Counted from the whole stretch's first letter, positions 27,241 through 40,869 are shown. The stretch is DNA of 62,104 bases, filler included, from Dugesia japonica (GCA_001938525.1; 5 parts of 5 records of this genome joined end to end with filler, not necessarily neighbours in it); one strand, 5' to 3'. Numbers and translations are program-made. The notes: generated by a model not told the origin, from the letters alone.

Positions 27241-29764
27241 ATAAAAGAACAGCAACTTTGATCTTTACAAGTTTAAAAATATTCCTTGAAATAGAAATTT
27301 TTTGTTGAAAACAAATTTACTTTTGTTTTGTTTAAATAATATAACTTTTAATTATTTTTTTTTAATTTCAAACAAAAATTCTGAAAAGAAATTTATTTTA
27401 AGATGCTTATTTCTCTATTAAAATAATTTATCGTAAGAAAGCAATTGGATTTTTTTATTCATAACTACAGTGAAAACGACTGAGCTGAATGTCCTCTATT
27501 AGTAAATGTCAGAAAATTTCACTCGTAAAAAATTGAGATCAATTTAAAATTTTTCAAAAGTATGAATTCTTTCTGATATTTAAAGTACAAAAAAAAATAG
27601 TTGAAAAAAATTTATTATTTACAAAACTGATTTGAAATTTATTATTTCAAACAAAATATTTATAAATTTATAAATTTTTAAAAAAATTAACAATGATAAT
27701 GTGAGAAATGTCACAGTTGTATCATTAAACATCAATAAATTTATTCAGTTTTTAATGAAAATTTTTTTTTATTTGATGACACTTTGTAGAATTTATCAAA
27801 TTTTTTCTGTTAAAATTTTTCAACATTAATACTTGATTTTTACTAGAATTTGTGTACTTCGATTTTCGGCAAANNNNNNNNNNNNNNNNNNNNNNNNNNN
27901 NNNNNNNNNNNNNNNNNNNNNNNNNNNNNNNNNNNNNNNNNNNNNNNNNNNNNNNNNNNNNNNNNNNNNNNNNNNNNNNNNNNNNNATGTTATGGATCAT
28001 AGCAATATTTCTAAATTGAAAATTGTATTTTGAACAATAGATTCAAAACTAATAATTAATTATTTTCATTATTAAACTACATGATATTAAATTAATTCTT
28101 CGATTTTTGAAGAAATTTGCATAATTTTCAATTATATCCTCATTGGAAATTTGCTTCTTAATCCGAATTTATAAAATTTTGATGTAAAAAAATCGAGATT
28201 CAAAGGTTATAAATATATTTTTAATTCTAATATTTCTTTCTTGAAAATATTGTTATAAATTCAATGTCAACAGAATAAGAAAATATTCATATAAAGAAAA
28301 TCTTTAGGTATTTATCAACTTTTTTTCATTTTCTTTACCTCAAATATTTGTTTTCTTTCCAAATTTATGAGTCTACAGCAAGTCTACAACAAAATAAAAT
28401 CAGTTTCCACTGGTTTCTAAGGATAGAACTTCGCTAAAGATGATGTTTGGTGTCCTCGATAAGACCTTTGGAATGGAGTCAGTGACCCGCTCGTTTGGCG
28501 GAAGCATCGTTGCATTTCTTTCAATGATACTTGCTTTGTATTTTAAATTATTGATTGTTACAAAGTTGCTTTGTTTAAATTTATGGCTCTGTTGAATTTT
28601 ACTATTCTACTTTCATTACTGATGTAATTAATATCGTCGGGATATTAATTATACGAAAGAAGTCTGTCTATTTTAACTACGGTATCGCTTAGTTAGATCA
28701 ATTGTAAAATAGAGGAAACTCGATCAGTAGAATGATAATATACATTTTTTTGAAAGGTTATTGCTAGTTAGGCGAAGATTATCATATTTAGAGTATAGAA
28801 ACGTAAACCCGTACTGAGTTCATCAGGCCTCCACACCATGTGATTCTATTGACGTCGACAAAGCAACCACCACCTCAATTAGGCTACAAATTATCCAACT
28901 AATGAACCACAACAACCGATACAACTCTGTATGACCTTTCTAGCAGCGTAGCACACCCGTGTCATTTATAATATTTGACTTTTCATAAATATTAGTTGTA
29001 ATTGGTTAACGATTAATATCACGATCAATTATAATAATTATTAAGTACTATGTTATTATAAAGTAAAAAGAACTAAATTAAGTTAATTAATATTTTATTA
29101 ATAAATGATAATACAAATGTCAGTGGTCACGTGCTCAATTAATAAATAGCAAAGCTTGTGATTAATAAATAAATNNNNNNNNNNNNNNNNNNNNNNNNNN
29201 NNNNNNNNNNNNNNNNNNNNNNNNNNNNNNNNNNNNNNNNNNNNNNNNNNNNNNNNNNNNNNNNNNNNNNNNNNNNNNNNNNNNNNNNNNNNNNNNNNNN
29301 NNNNNNNNNNNNNNNNNNNNNNNNNNNNNNNNNNNNNNNNNNNNNNNNNNNNNNNNNNNNNNNNNNNNNNTGCTCTTTTTATTTTCATTCTACTTCATTT
29401 TTTTCTATGATTTTCCTACTTGCCTAATTAACACCTGTCGCTTTTTTCCCTTTTTTTGCTGAGGTCGATCATTGCTATCTGTGGTGTGAGTATTTTTCTC
29501 ACATTCACCACACTGACCTCTCTCAGAATATATCTTTGTTTTGTTATTTGGTTTTATGGGAAACTAGTCATTATCATTTAAATGGTTTTCATTAACATAC
29601 GTTCGCTGAATCCGTCTATCTCTCAATAGTAGCACTTCATCTCTAGCCAGCACTAATTAGCTAAGTGCACTTTTTAACACATTTGTGACTTTTATTAATA
29701 ATTGATCTTTCTAATTCCTTCAGCTGTAATATTATTATCAATAATAGTTTTTCGAATTGTGTTG

Positions 29765-29864
29765 NNNNNNNNNNNNNNNNNNNNNNNNNNNNNNNNNNNN
29801 NNNNNNNNTTAATTAATTAANNNNNNNNNNNNNNNNNNNNNNNNNNNNNNNNNNNNNNNNNNNN
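29765..29864. other. Artificial scaffold spacer
   Basis: N44-TTAATTAATTAA-N44. Confidence 0.95.

Positions 29865-29928
<64 letters not shown>
29865..29928. repeat. (TAA)n microsatellite
   Basis: About 21 perfect TAA units. Confidence 0.95.
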
Positions 29929-30428
29929 TGTAAAATGTTCATTAATACAATTCAATATTACAATTCTAATTATTTAACATATAACTATTGTACATTTTAA
30001 TTCTAATTATTTATTTATAATTAATATATAAACTACTTTTATAGCAATGATATGTTATAAATATTAGAAAAGTACCATATGTGCTCATTAAATAAGGAGT
30101 CCGTCATGATATAGATTATTTATTTCACAAAAAGTTGACAAATTCCGGCTAATAATAATTATTTGCTTCAATTTGTTTGTTGATCTTCAGCCAAACACTC
30201 TGAATATTATATAAATATATTATAATATAAAATAAATGTTGTTTGCAGATGAAAATGTTCTAAATACAGGGTATGTAGGACCAACCGCTAATAATAATAA
30301 TAAAATAAAGTATCCAAATATATGAATAAATTACATTAGTTTATCTTATAATAAATAAGAATTAATAATCTTATAATATAAAGTTATATATTTATATGCA
30401 ATTATATATAATTATATTTAATAACAGT

Positions 30429-30672
30429 CAAGCGCGCGCTCAGGAAGGCTCACTGGCTTGGGCCGCATCCCCACAGCCCATACAAATTTGTGATCCACAA
30501 TGGACGAAAATCGATTAAATGGGTTGGCTTTGTCAACTTTCCTATCCAAAATGAATCTAACTTTAATCATGTATTATATGTTAAAAATATTTATTATTAT
30601 TTACTCTTATTATTATTGTTGTTTTCTTTTATTTGAGCCCTGCCCCAAGCAAAAAATCTGGATGCGCGCCAG
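30429..30672 (+). mobile_element. Non-autonomous hAT derivative retaining the hATC dimerisation tail
   Basis: TIRs CAAGCGCGCGCTCAG / CTGGATGCGCGCCAG; TSD ATAACAGT/ATTACAGT; internal STMDENRLNGLAL. Confidence 0.8.
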
Positions 30673-32291
30673 ATTACAGTAATAATTAAGAATATAAACT
30701 AAATTTATTTTACGACCAGAAAATATCAAAATTTTTACAGTTTTGAGGTGGAATGCCATTTATGTTTTTTATTTTTTTTCAGATTAGAGTTATAAAACAA
30801 AATGTTTAAATTTCCAAGTGTAAAAACGATTAATTTACATTGTTATTTAATGTTTTTTTCTCTACTGAAAATTTCTTTTGTATAATCGACAAAATTTAAA
30901 AGGTTAAAATACATCAGCGTCTGGAAAAGTTTTTTTAAAAATTTTCTGATTAAATTTTATTTTGGATTTAGAATAAATTTGTAATTTCATTAATAATTAT
31001 ATAATTAAAAATCAATATATTTTCAGTGGTAGTTCTATTTAACTCATTTTTCAAAGTGCTAAAATCTAATTGTTTGTTCAAACTCGGATACTATCCATAT
31101 TACGACATAATACAAGATTGAATTTTAAACTCATCAAACTTTCTTTTAATTTTTTGTTTGGAACCAAAAAACAGATTTTACTTCATTGAAAAATGAGATA
31201 AAAAACTACCTCTGGACAAAATTTTTGACCACAAATAAATATTTCGGCAGAATTACTATTTTTTTTGTCTTTCCGGAGAATATTGAGTATTTCATTAAAA
31301 TAAAATTGCGATTAAATTAACACTTTTATAAAAATTCTTAAATAAAAAATATAAACAATAACTAATAAAATTAATTTAAAATAATAAATAAAATATCAAT
31401 CACAGGTAATAAATGAATAAATGTTCAATATCATTTACAAAAAGAAAGAATAATAAATTGTCAAATTAAATGATAGATATAATTTTCATAAAACCGTAAT
31501 GAAAGATAGATGCTAACTTATTAGATTAATGTCGATTAGAACATAGATAAAGTCACACATAATTGCTATTTCACTGAATATCATACAAATCAATTAATAA
31601 AATAGACTGATTGTTTTAAACAAGGGCCATTGATGTTACGAAATCGTCAAATCAGGAGCATTGGTTAATTATTCAAGATCGTTTTGAAGCACTTAACGAT
31701 TGGATAGTTATGATTGTGTGCATGATTGTAAGTGATGTTAGTGTTTTGAGATATGATTTTTGATAATTACAAACATATGTTCGAATGGTGATAATTTACT
31801 CTACTCACATGATTTTAATAATAAATTATTTCTAATAAATTATTTTTAATAAAATTTTAATTATATTCTTCTTATAACCGTGGTTTCAAATAGTATAATA
31901 CAGCTTTTAATAAATATTTCTCATGAGAAATTTGAAGTTTATTGTTCAATTTGAAATGCGTATTGAAAACAAAAAGTTTTTTTTATTTGAAAAGAATAAA
32001 ATATTTTCACTTTACAAATTTATGTTTTAAAGTTGTAAATATTCCGATTTGTTTGAAATTTAATTTCAAAGTAATTTATTAGATATCGTTAAAATAATTA
32101 AAACAAATGAAATTTAAATATTTTTAAAAAAATAAAATATATTTTAAATTTTAATAGTTAACTTTTTAAAAAATTAAAATTTTTTAGTAATAAATAACAA
32201 AATTTTTAACCAATGATCTGTAAATTTAAAATAACTGAATTTTTTTTTAAAGCGAAAGATCAAAATTTTTATTTTTTTATTTTCATAGATT

Positions 32292-32324
32292 GTTCAATAT
32301 TTCGGCCATATTTTCTTCAGGAAC
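32292..32324 (-). ncRNA. Degenerate hammerhead ribozyme (family A variant)
   Basis: Minus strand GTTC-CTGAAGA-AAATATGGCC-GAAA-TATT-GAAC; core and stem I intact, stem II decayed. Confidence 0.55.
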
Positions 32325-34190
32325 TATTTCATTAAAATAAAGAAAAAGCTTCGATCAAAATATTTTTAATAATATAATAATTAATAATATCAAATATTCT
32401 CGGTTAATTTGTCATTGAAAATTTTTTAGTTATTTTAAATTTACAGATCAATGGTTAGAATTATTAAATATACATTTATTTTAATGTTTGCAACAATTAA
32501 CCGAGAATGTTTTCAACAAATAATATGTTATAATTATTAACCAATGAATATTAATTTTAATCAGATTAATTTAAATTGTGTTATTACTTCAAAATTTAAA
32601 ATCAGAATTAATTGAACAATAGTTAGTAAAGAAGACAGCCGAAATATTGAACAATCTATGTAAATCAAACAATTTATCATAAGANNNNNNNNNNNNNNNN
32701 NNNNNNNNNNNNNNNNNNNNNNNNNNNNNNNNNNTTTTGCCCATTTAAAAGAAACTGCAAATGAGGTTGATGGCAAGCATCATCATGAAAGCAGCAAAAA
32801 TAAGACTTCCCTAGACTCAAATTGTTGGTTGTTTATTTCAATTTAATCAGTCTTTATGACGAAAATTACAGAAAACTGATATGACTGATAAATATTTAGA
32901 TCCAAATAACGATGACATTGCCATTTANTAGGTAGANAGTAGGGGGAAACAACACACACATTTGTAACTCCCCCGCCAAATTAGTGATGTAATTAAACTT
33001 AATCCTAATGCATTTAGTTAGGAATTTAAAAATTGCATCATAAATTGCATCATTAAGTAATATTACTTAATTTGGTGTTACTTTTCCCTGTGTATTTAGT
33101 TTGGAAAATTTTTTGAACACAAATTATGCTATAAGATTAATTTCATGTGTGAAATTTTACGTAATAGGATTGACTGGTGTTTAATTTTTCCTGTGTATTT
33201 AGTTGGGATTTATTCAGTGAGATGGAATTAGGTCAATTTTTGATTGGGTCAGGTGAATTTGGTCTTAAATTTTTAGAAAAAAATTTATTTGTGAGAAATG
33301 ATTGCCGTAAAATTCTCAGCAGTTTGGTATACAAATCTTTGGACATAGTTTTTCAAAGATCTAGACTGTTCACCCAGATTCCCATAAAAATTTCATTAAA
33401 AAATTTTAAATTTTCATATTATTTAAACAACATGAACGGTTTTCCCGGATTCCTATAGTAAATTCGCATAAAATTTTTTAAAAAACTTGAAAATTTTAAC
33501 AAATTCAAATTTTTACATGAATTTCCTTAAATTTCAACCCAAATTGGACAGCCCGAGAAAAATATCATTCAAATTCACCTAAAACTGATCCTTGTGAGTA
33601 AATAATTACCAAAATCGTCCAAAACTGACAAAATCCGACTAATGTGAGAAAGATTCGACCAATATTACCTAAACCGAGTAAATAATTGACCAGATTGTCC
33701 AAAATTGATTCAAAATGACCATTCCTGAGGAAATATTCTACCGAATTCACTTAAAAAATTACCCTTGTAAGCAAATAATTAACCAAATCTGTCAATACAG
33801 AGTAAATAATTGACTAAATATTTCAAAACTGACCCAAGTTAACCATTCCTGAGAAAAAAATTTACCGAATTCACCTAAAAATTACCCAAATTTTCCATTC
33901 CCGAGTAAGATTAGATCAAATTCACCTAAAACTCACCAAGTTTGCCCAGATTCGACCTCATTGAGAAATTTTCAACAATCTTTCACCAAAACCACCCAAA
34001 AATTACCAATTCCGATTAAAAAATAGACCAAATTCACCTGAACCAATCAAAAATTGACCTCATTCCCTCTCACTGAATAAATTTCCAACTAAATACACAT
34101 GAAAAATTAAACGCCACATTACCACTCAAAAAGCCTAAAAAACTTTCCCAACTAAATACACAGGAAAAATTAAACACCAGTTAATCCTAT

Positions 34191-37100
34191 TGTTGAGTAT
34201 TTAGGATTTTGATGTTTAAATTGTTCTTTATTTTCTCTGATCTCGCTTCTGATAATTATCGTCTTTATTGACATATTTAGGGGCAACCTAAAAACCACAA
34301 GCATTTGCCTCACCTATGTGACGTGCCCCTCTTTTCCACTGGTTCAGCGCGAATTTGCGGTATCGCGTCTTACTCACTGAATGCGTGAACCCTGACAGCA
34401 ATAATTCTCGTCAGCTCAGTAACAATTAATCTTAACTCATAAATACTACTCTCAAAGAAATAACACAATTGCATTACAAAATAACTCGGTGACAATGATA
34501 ATTTTATTTACATGTACACTATCCTATTTCCAGCAGTTTTTCGGCATCTAGATCCACAGTTGGTTCCATTGTTCCGTTTGGCGCCTCTAGCGACCTGTAA
34601 TTCAACCAAAGTGTTCTTAGCGACACAAACATTGAACTCTCTTGATCCGCGTAGGTTTTTATGATATCTGCCATTAACCTGTTCGCATGCTGAAGGGACA
34701 GCTCCGTTTCCTTGATCTGATTATATTTCGCGGTAGACTTCAGTACTTGTCCCTTCAGCTTCAGAATTTCATTTTTTAATACCTTTCGTTCCTCCTTCCA
34801 CCTTTGCTGTGCAGAGATTGCATCCTTTTTCAGCATTTTTTCTTCATTAGATCTATTCACTACAACAACAAAAAATAGTATCTTTAGTCATAATTGGATT
34901 ATAATAAGTTTTACTGAGATAAGATTAGAATCAAGTAGAAACGGACCAAAATCGTTTATCATTAACGGAAATTTGTTCGAAAACGAACTTTTTACTCCGC
35001 GTTTGCGTTTTTCTCACCAGCAAAAAGAAATATAAAAATTTGTTTAAACTTGTTACTGCCTCTGCAGACACTAAAAATTATAACTACGATGTGACATACA
35101 TATCACTCAGACCTGATTAACATTGAAACCAATAGAAGCGAAAATTTCGTTACACTCAACCATTTATTGTTTATGTTCCGATACCGATTCTACTTTTACA
35201 ATGATTGGCATCGGCTGCAGATCACACTTCGTTGCAAACTCGGATGTCATTGCTAGCAACTAGTCCTCGAGATGACCCATTAGAATTCCCTTTTCTATTC
35301 CCTGCTGGATTAAGGCGTCTGCAGTTCCTTGGATTACCTGGAGTCCTTGTCGGAGCGGCGACGTCACCTGTTGGAAGAACTGTAGTGAAACTTGTATGGC
35401 TGCCAGTTGCTCCTTGATGCTCCAGAATTTCTCCACCAATTTTCCGCCTTTGAACAACATCGCTGTCTTCTCTCTCTAGTATTTTTCTCTTTGATATATT
35501 AAGTAATTCCACGGCACAATGCCACGGAATCCAGTTTTTGCCCTCTTCAACGTTGTTGGATAACACTAGCGGAAAGTCGGGTCGATAATATTCTGTCATT
35601 TTTATGATAAATATATTTAATAGGCTTTCAAATAAACATATAAGAGTAATAAAAAAACCAAAACAACATTTAGAAACTAGAGCACTTTTACGACTTTTCG
35701 GCCTGTGGTCTTATATGGTTTCTTCCCCACTTCTGTAGTACAAACCAAAGAAGATGTACACCATAGCAGCCATATTATCGGGTCCCCACTAGTGCGAAGC
35801 TCTAGCAAGAATTTCTCTATCGTGGTTCAAATCAAAACAAAAATTTAAAAATTTATTATTCATTGCTTCATCACCGTTAAATTCCTCATATTAATTACTT
35901 TATTGAGGACAACGTAACCTTTAGATATATAGAACTATATTATTTTATAACGTTTTAATAAAAGTTAATTCATTATAAAACTATATTATTTCATATCATT
36001 TTAATAAAGTTTCATTAAATATAAAACTATATTATTTCAGAACATTTTAATAAAAGTTCATTTACATTGTAGGTTTAATTGATAAAATAATAAAAACTAT
36101 GCATAAAACAAAATCAGCTATAAAATTCAGTATGCGATTAATTTTTTAAATCGAGCTCCCAGCATTCGCATTTTCATCTCATTTTGTATTCGTGTTCTCT
36201 GAAACCATCTCTACTATCACCAGTTAATTCATTCACTTTCTCTTATGACTCTATCCATTTCACTCTCTAGTGAGATTATTTGATGAATACCGCTTTTATA
36301 AATTCGATCCTTTAGTTTTCTCAAATTAAATTTCTTTCATTTAGTTGAGCAACATTACGATGTTCTTGTACAATTTTTTCCGCTTTTATTTAATCTCATT
36401 TGTTTATTGGATTGTTCATTTACATCATTCTCAGGATAGTTTCTCGTTTCATTTATTTCATTTCATAAAAATTACATTGGGATGTTCTTGTTTGAATTTT
36501 TCAGCTTTTATTTGATCTCATTTGTTTGTTGGATTGTTCATTGAAATATGATTCTCAGGATAGTTTCTCGTTTCATTTCATCAAAATTACATTGTGAGTG
36601 AGCGCGATTTAGTTGGCAGCCGGGCACTCAGATCTTACGATATATTATGAAATATCAAAAAGTAATATTGCCTAAATAAAACGAAAATATGCTTTTTCTA
36701 GTTAGCTTTTCTTGTCCGGTGATAATAGAATTAACTTCGAGAATTATCCTGTTTAACTTTTAAATTACCGAAAAATAATGAAAAATTAAAATGTAAGTCT
36801 GATGATTTTCTCGGTGCAAACGAGTTTTATTCCTCGTTTGCACCCAAACTTGGAACACTTCATTTGTTTGTCAATCATCTTCTTGTTTTTCTTCATCCGA
36901 ACTTCTGATTGGTTGATGCATTGCTCTTCTTTGGTGTGCACCTCTTAATTTTTGGTTTGGTGAGAGGTTTCGTGCACACCAACTTACGAATAATCTCCTG
37001 TCATCAGTCACCTCGTATGATCTCTGATGACAAATTTTAGTTACCATCGATATTCTTTGTCTGATTTAGGGTGATTCACGGATTTTGTTATTCAATTTAA

Positions 37101-37463
37101 ACTTAATTCACCCTAACCAGACAATGACTGGACCAAATTATTTCTTTTACTAAGAAATAATTAATAATATTAAACGCGGAATAGCGTTATTATAGTAATG
37201 AAATAGTGCCGTCGAGACCCCTTTAATAATTTATTATATTATAGTAGTTTATATTTTATTATTAATCCATCATTATCTTCTTGTCCATATAATTNNNNNN
37301 NNNNNNNNNNNNNNNNNNNNNNNNNNNNNNNNNNNNNNNNNNNNTTATATTTTATTATTAATCCATCATTATCTTCTTGTCCATATAATTTTCAATTTTG
37401 TGTCATTAAATTTCGGGTTTTCTACGCCCAATTTTCTTTTTTCCAATCTTTTTATAATAGTTC

Positions 37464-37495
<32 letters not shown>

Positions 37496-37608
37496 TTTCT
37501 TGACAACATTTTCTGGTCCAGTCCACCTTCATCATTAATTTTCTCATTCTTCGTTATTATTTTCAGGATGTCTCAATTTGATCCATTCCAGTGTGTTCTA
37601 ACCCAACA
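34191..37608. mobile_element. 3.4-kb TG...CA insertion with 4-bp TSD (putative giant solo LTR)
   Basis: Starts TGTTG, ends CAACA, flanked by CTAT/CTAT; splits the host TIR precisely; homolog at 52580-52951 ends at the same CCCAACA. Confidence 0.8.
34519..35599 (-). pseudogene. Cargo gene of unknown function inside the 3.4-kb insertion (frameshifted, probably spliced, coiled-coil C-terminus)
   Basis: ORFs 35599-35222, 35460-35260 and 34860-34519; GC-richer than the flanks; TTGTTGTAG acceptor directly before the last ORF. Confidence 0.55.
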
Positions 37609-38165
37609 CTATTACGTAAAATTTTACCGATGAAAATAATCTTATGGCATAATTTATGTGCAAAAAATTTTTCAACTAAATACACAGGGGAAAAGTAACA
37701 CCAAACTAAGTAATATTACCTGATTATGCAATTTATGATGCAATTTTTAAATTCCTATCTAAAGGCATCAGGATTAAGTTTCATTACATCACTAATCTGG
37801 AGGGGTAGGGGTTACAAAATGTGTGTGGTGTTTCCCCCTACTATTTACGTACTTCCTTTACTCCAATTAAAGGTATCATTGATACTTTCCAGCTATTAGA
37901 ATTCCCAGCGCCTTGCAAATTTAGTCCGCTCCTATGATAAATTTAAAAGAAAGCACGAAATTCTAGTTTATTTGCAAAAGAAATACAGGCTGCTTAAAAT
38001 TAATTTTATTAGGACTGCTTAGCCCAGAGATGAAGAAAACACTATTAATTAAATAGCTTTTTTTGAATAAAAATTAATTTTATGTCAAATGTTTTTATTC
38101 CAAAAGTTTAAGAATAATTTCAATCTTTTCATAAATAACTTAACACGCAATTTAATTAAATATTT

Positions 38166-38213
38166 ATTTACTACAACAATTTTCGACAGTGTATCTGTCA
38201 TCTTCAGGCAAAC
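38166..38213 (-). ncRNA. Penelope-type hammerhead ribozyme (family B) in a solo pLTR fragment
   Basis: GTTTGC-CTGAAGA-T-GACAG ATACA CTGTC-GAAA-ATTGTT-GTA-GTAAAT; flanks 38130-38275 match 52190-52335. Confidence 0.75.
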
Positions 38214-39926
38214 TGTTTAAACTTATAAATTGAGTATATATACTTAAGTTCAGCATTATCTAATCGATTATGTATGTCAAAAATTTTTAATTTTTAACTT
38301 TCTATCGTATTTATGCAAAATTCAAAAAAATTTAAATAGAAATTATTTTCTTACGTTTATATGTGAACTTGTTGCAACTCAAACTTTTTAAAAAGATTTC
38401 CAACAACACACAAAAATTTTAACATGCTTTTCAAAACCTAATCACAATAAGTATATTTTAATTCAAATTTAATTTCAAATTTTTTTAAAATATTTTGTAG
38501 ATTTTGTATGTATAAAATTAAAAATAATTTGGTAAATCTTTCAAACGTTCTATAAAAATAACAGAAAACATGCATTAATTTCAGTGCATTCTTTCTAAAT
38601 TCTCAAAATTATCAAAATCTTCAGACTCTTAAAGAAAATGTAAAATATTATTACTAGTATTGACAGTAAACTCGTGTATCATTTCTTACTTCTGTGTGTA
38701 TGTATGTGAATTTGTCTGTAACATTTTGCTTATAAAGATTTAAGCTTTTTAATAATATAGATTATTACAGAGTGCACACAAGTCATAGAAGATTGAATTA
38801 AAAGTGAAACTGTAAATTATTTTGAAATTAAAATATGCATCCTTGAGGTAAAAGAAACTATATCTTGGGAAAATTGTAAACCAATATCATTTTAAAGTTA
38901 AATAAGCGTTAGTATTTGTTAAGAAAAATTACATAATTCACAGCGTAATTAATAATTTCATTGAAAGTTTATTGAATATCAAAGTTCATTTCTCAAGTGA
39001 TCTATCAAGAACACCAATTTAGTTAACAACCATCTAAATTAAGAGCAATTGAGAATTTTATTTAGGATAATTTAAGTAAACAATAAGTTCGTTAAAATGT
39101 TCTTTTATTATCTCAAATAATTTTTCCAATGGATCTCCAAATGACCCTAAAATTAAACATATTCCAAAGATACATATTAAAAGTTTGACCCTAAAATTAA
39201 TTTACACTAAAAAATACATAATAATAATATAATTAAACATGTTTAAAACATGACCCTAAAAAAACACATGTTCAAATTCTATCTCTGGGGTCATTTTTTA
39301 AATATGATTCCCTTCAATCTAACATACTTTTTAGCGACTTTAAAATTTTCAAATATTCTAAATTATTTTTTAAACAGCCTTTCACACTCATTATTTCTGC
39401 ATATAATTTAGTTAATGTTTCAAAAGGGTTTGACAGGTGATCCTTAAAATTTAGCGTATTTTTTCAAACCACTATGGAAGGTTTAGGCTGCTAAATTTTA
39501 TTTACACACCGTCATTTTTGACATTTGATACTTAATAATTTATAAATACCCGAAATAATAGTAAAAAATAAATTATATTTTTAAAACTGATTTTTACAAT
39601 TTATCTCAATAAAAAGTGATTTGTAGTAAAGTAAAATTATCAAAATTAAAAGAAATGAAATTTATATTTTTATTTTTTCAGGCAAATAACCAAATTCCCT
39701 ATCAAATGAAAATCTTAGCATTTAAGAAATAGGTAATTTTAGAATTGGAAAATGTGCCTGGGTAAAAAAAATATCGTTGAAAGTTTGAGCAACTCGATGA
39801 AAATGAGTTCAAGGTTAATGAGGCAAAGGTAAAAAATGTTCATTTGTAATAGCAAAAGTAAAAAAGAATAAAATAAAGATTATCAAATAAATTTCTTCAG
39901 TAAATAAAATATTATTTCTAGAAAAT

Positions 39927-40350
39927 GGCCGTCCATAAACGACGTCACGCACCTAGTGGATGGAAGGAAGAAATGTATTTCTGACGAGTTATGATAATAG
40001 AGAAGGAGGCTAAAGAAGTGTAAGATCACATCTAATTTTTGTTCTAACCGAATAGCGATATTATTAAATATTATTTGAATATTACCACGATGATAAAATC
40101 AAATATATTAAATAGTGTTCTTTTTGATAATTAAAATTCTATTGCAGTTGCCACGTTTAAATATTATTTTGTCGTGTTCTAGGCCTTATTATCACTGCCG
40201 ATGAGTCAGAGATGAAATATAATAAAGATGTTTTGAAGGAATGTTTGTAACGTCATACTGGTTGAAAGGTCAGATGTGATGAAATGTAACGGGAGGGAGG
40301 GAAGGAATCAAGAATCTTCTAAAATTGCATGACATCATTTATGGACGGAG
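39927..40350. mobile_element. MITE with 23-bp TIRs (possibly PIF/Harbinger-like)
   Basis: CCGTCCATAAACGACGTCACGCA ... TGCATGACATCATTTATGGACGG. Confidence 0.8.
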
Positions 40351-40834
40351 CTAAAATCATATAATGATGTACAGATTGTTTTATAATATATAACAGATTT
40401 ATGGAGAAATAAAAATTTAATTTTTTTTAAAGTAAAAATAAGGCAAATTTCATTATTTAAATCAAGTCTCTCTATTCATATTCAGAAGACCATGAAAAAA
40501 CTATTTTCATTTTCATAATTAACAAATAATAAAATACCCAATAATCTATGAATACCGGACATTTTAATTTTTTGAAATATGAAAAAATTCATTCAAGCTC
40601 AAATAATAATATTATTTAACTCATTATTCTCAAAGTCTTCCAAAAAATATTTTAAAAATTAAAATAAAATTGTTTCTGGGATATTGATCTAAAAAATTTA
40701 TATTTTTCTGTACTTAAAAAATATACAATGGCAATTATTGAGAGAATAATTGTCAAATGTCACCATTAATTGTTTTTTAGAATTCATTTAAAATGAAAGC
40801 TTCGATCAAATTTTTTTTTAATTTTTTTGAGATT

Positions 40835-40869
40835 AATTCGATATTTCGACTTTGTCTTCTTCAGGAATT
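40835..40869 (-). ncRNA. Minimal type I hammerhead ribozyme (family A)
   Basis: Minus strand AATTC-CTGAAGA-A-GAC AAA GTC-GAAA-TATC-GAATT; 5-bp stem I; the core differs from the 26594 copy only at variable position N7. Confidence 0.82.

Larger units (their letters stand above)
32927..37853. mobile_element. Non-autonomous long-TIR DNA element (~1.5 kb without the insert), possibly Maverick-derived
   Basis: Left TIR 32927-~33270 is inverted-homologous to 34025-34190 plus 37609-37853; AG...CT termini; internal subterminal repeats 33560-34020. Confidence 0.8.

Noticed and set aside
28800-28830. Minus-strand CTGATGA plus stem as a hammerhead
   Set aside because: GAAA is absent after stem II
20355-29388. 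Numerous track ORFs containing X runs
   Set aside because: Open only because N gaps contain no stop codons
37248-37390. Direct repeat flanking an N gap
   Set aside because: Identical sequence on both sides of a 50-N gap indicates an unmerged contig overlap
40195-40228. Hammerhead-like CCGATGAGTC-AGA-GATGAAA
   Set aside because: U4 is mutated and stem I cannot form
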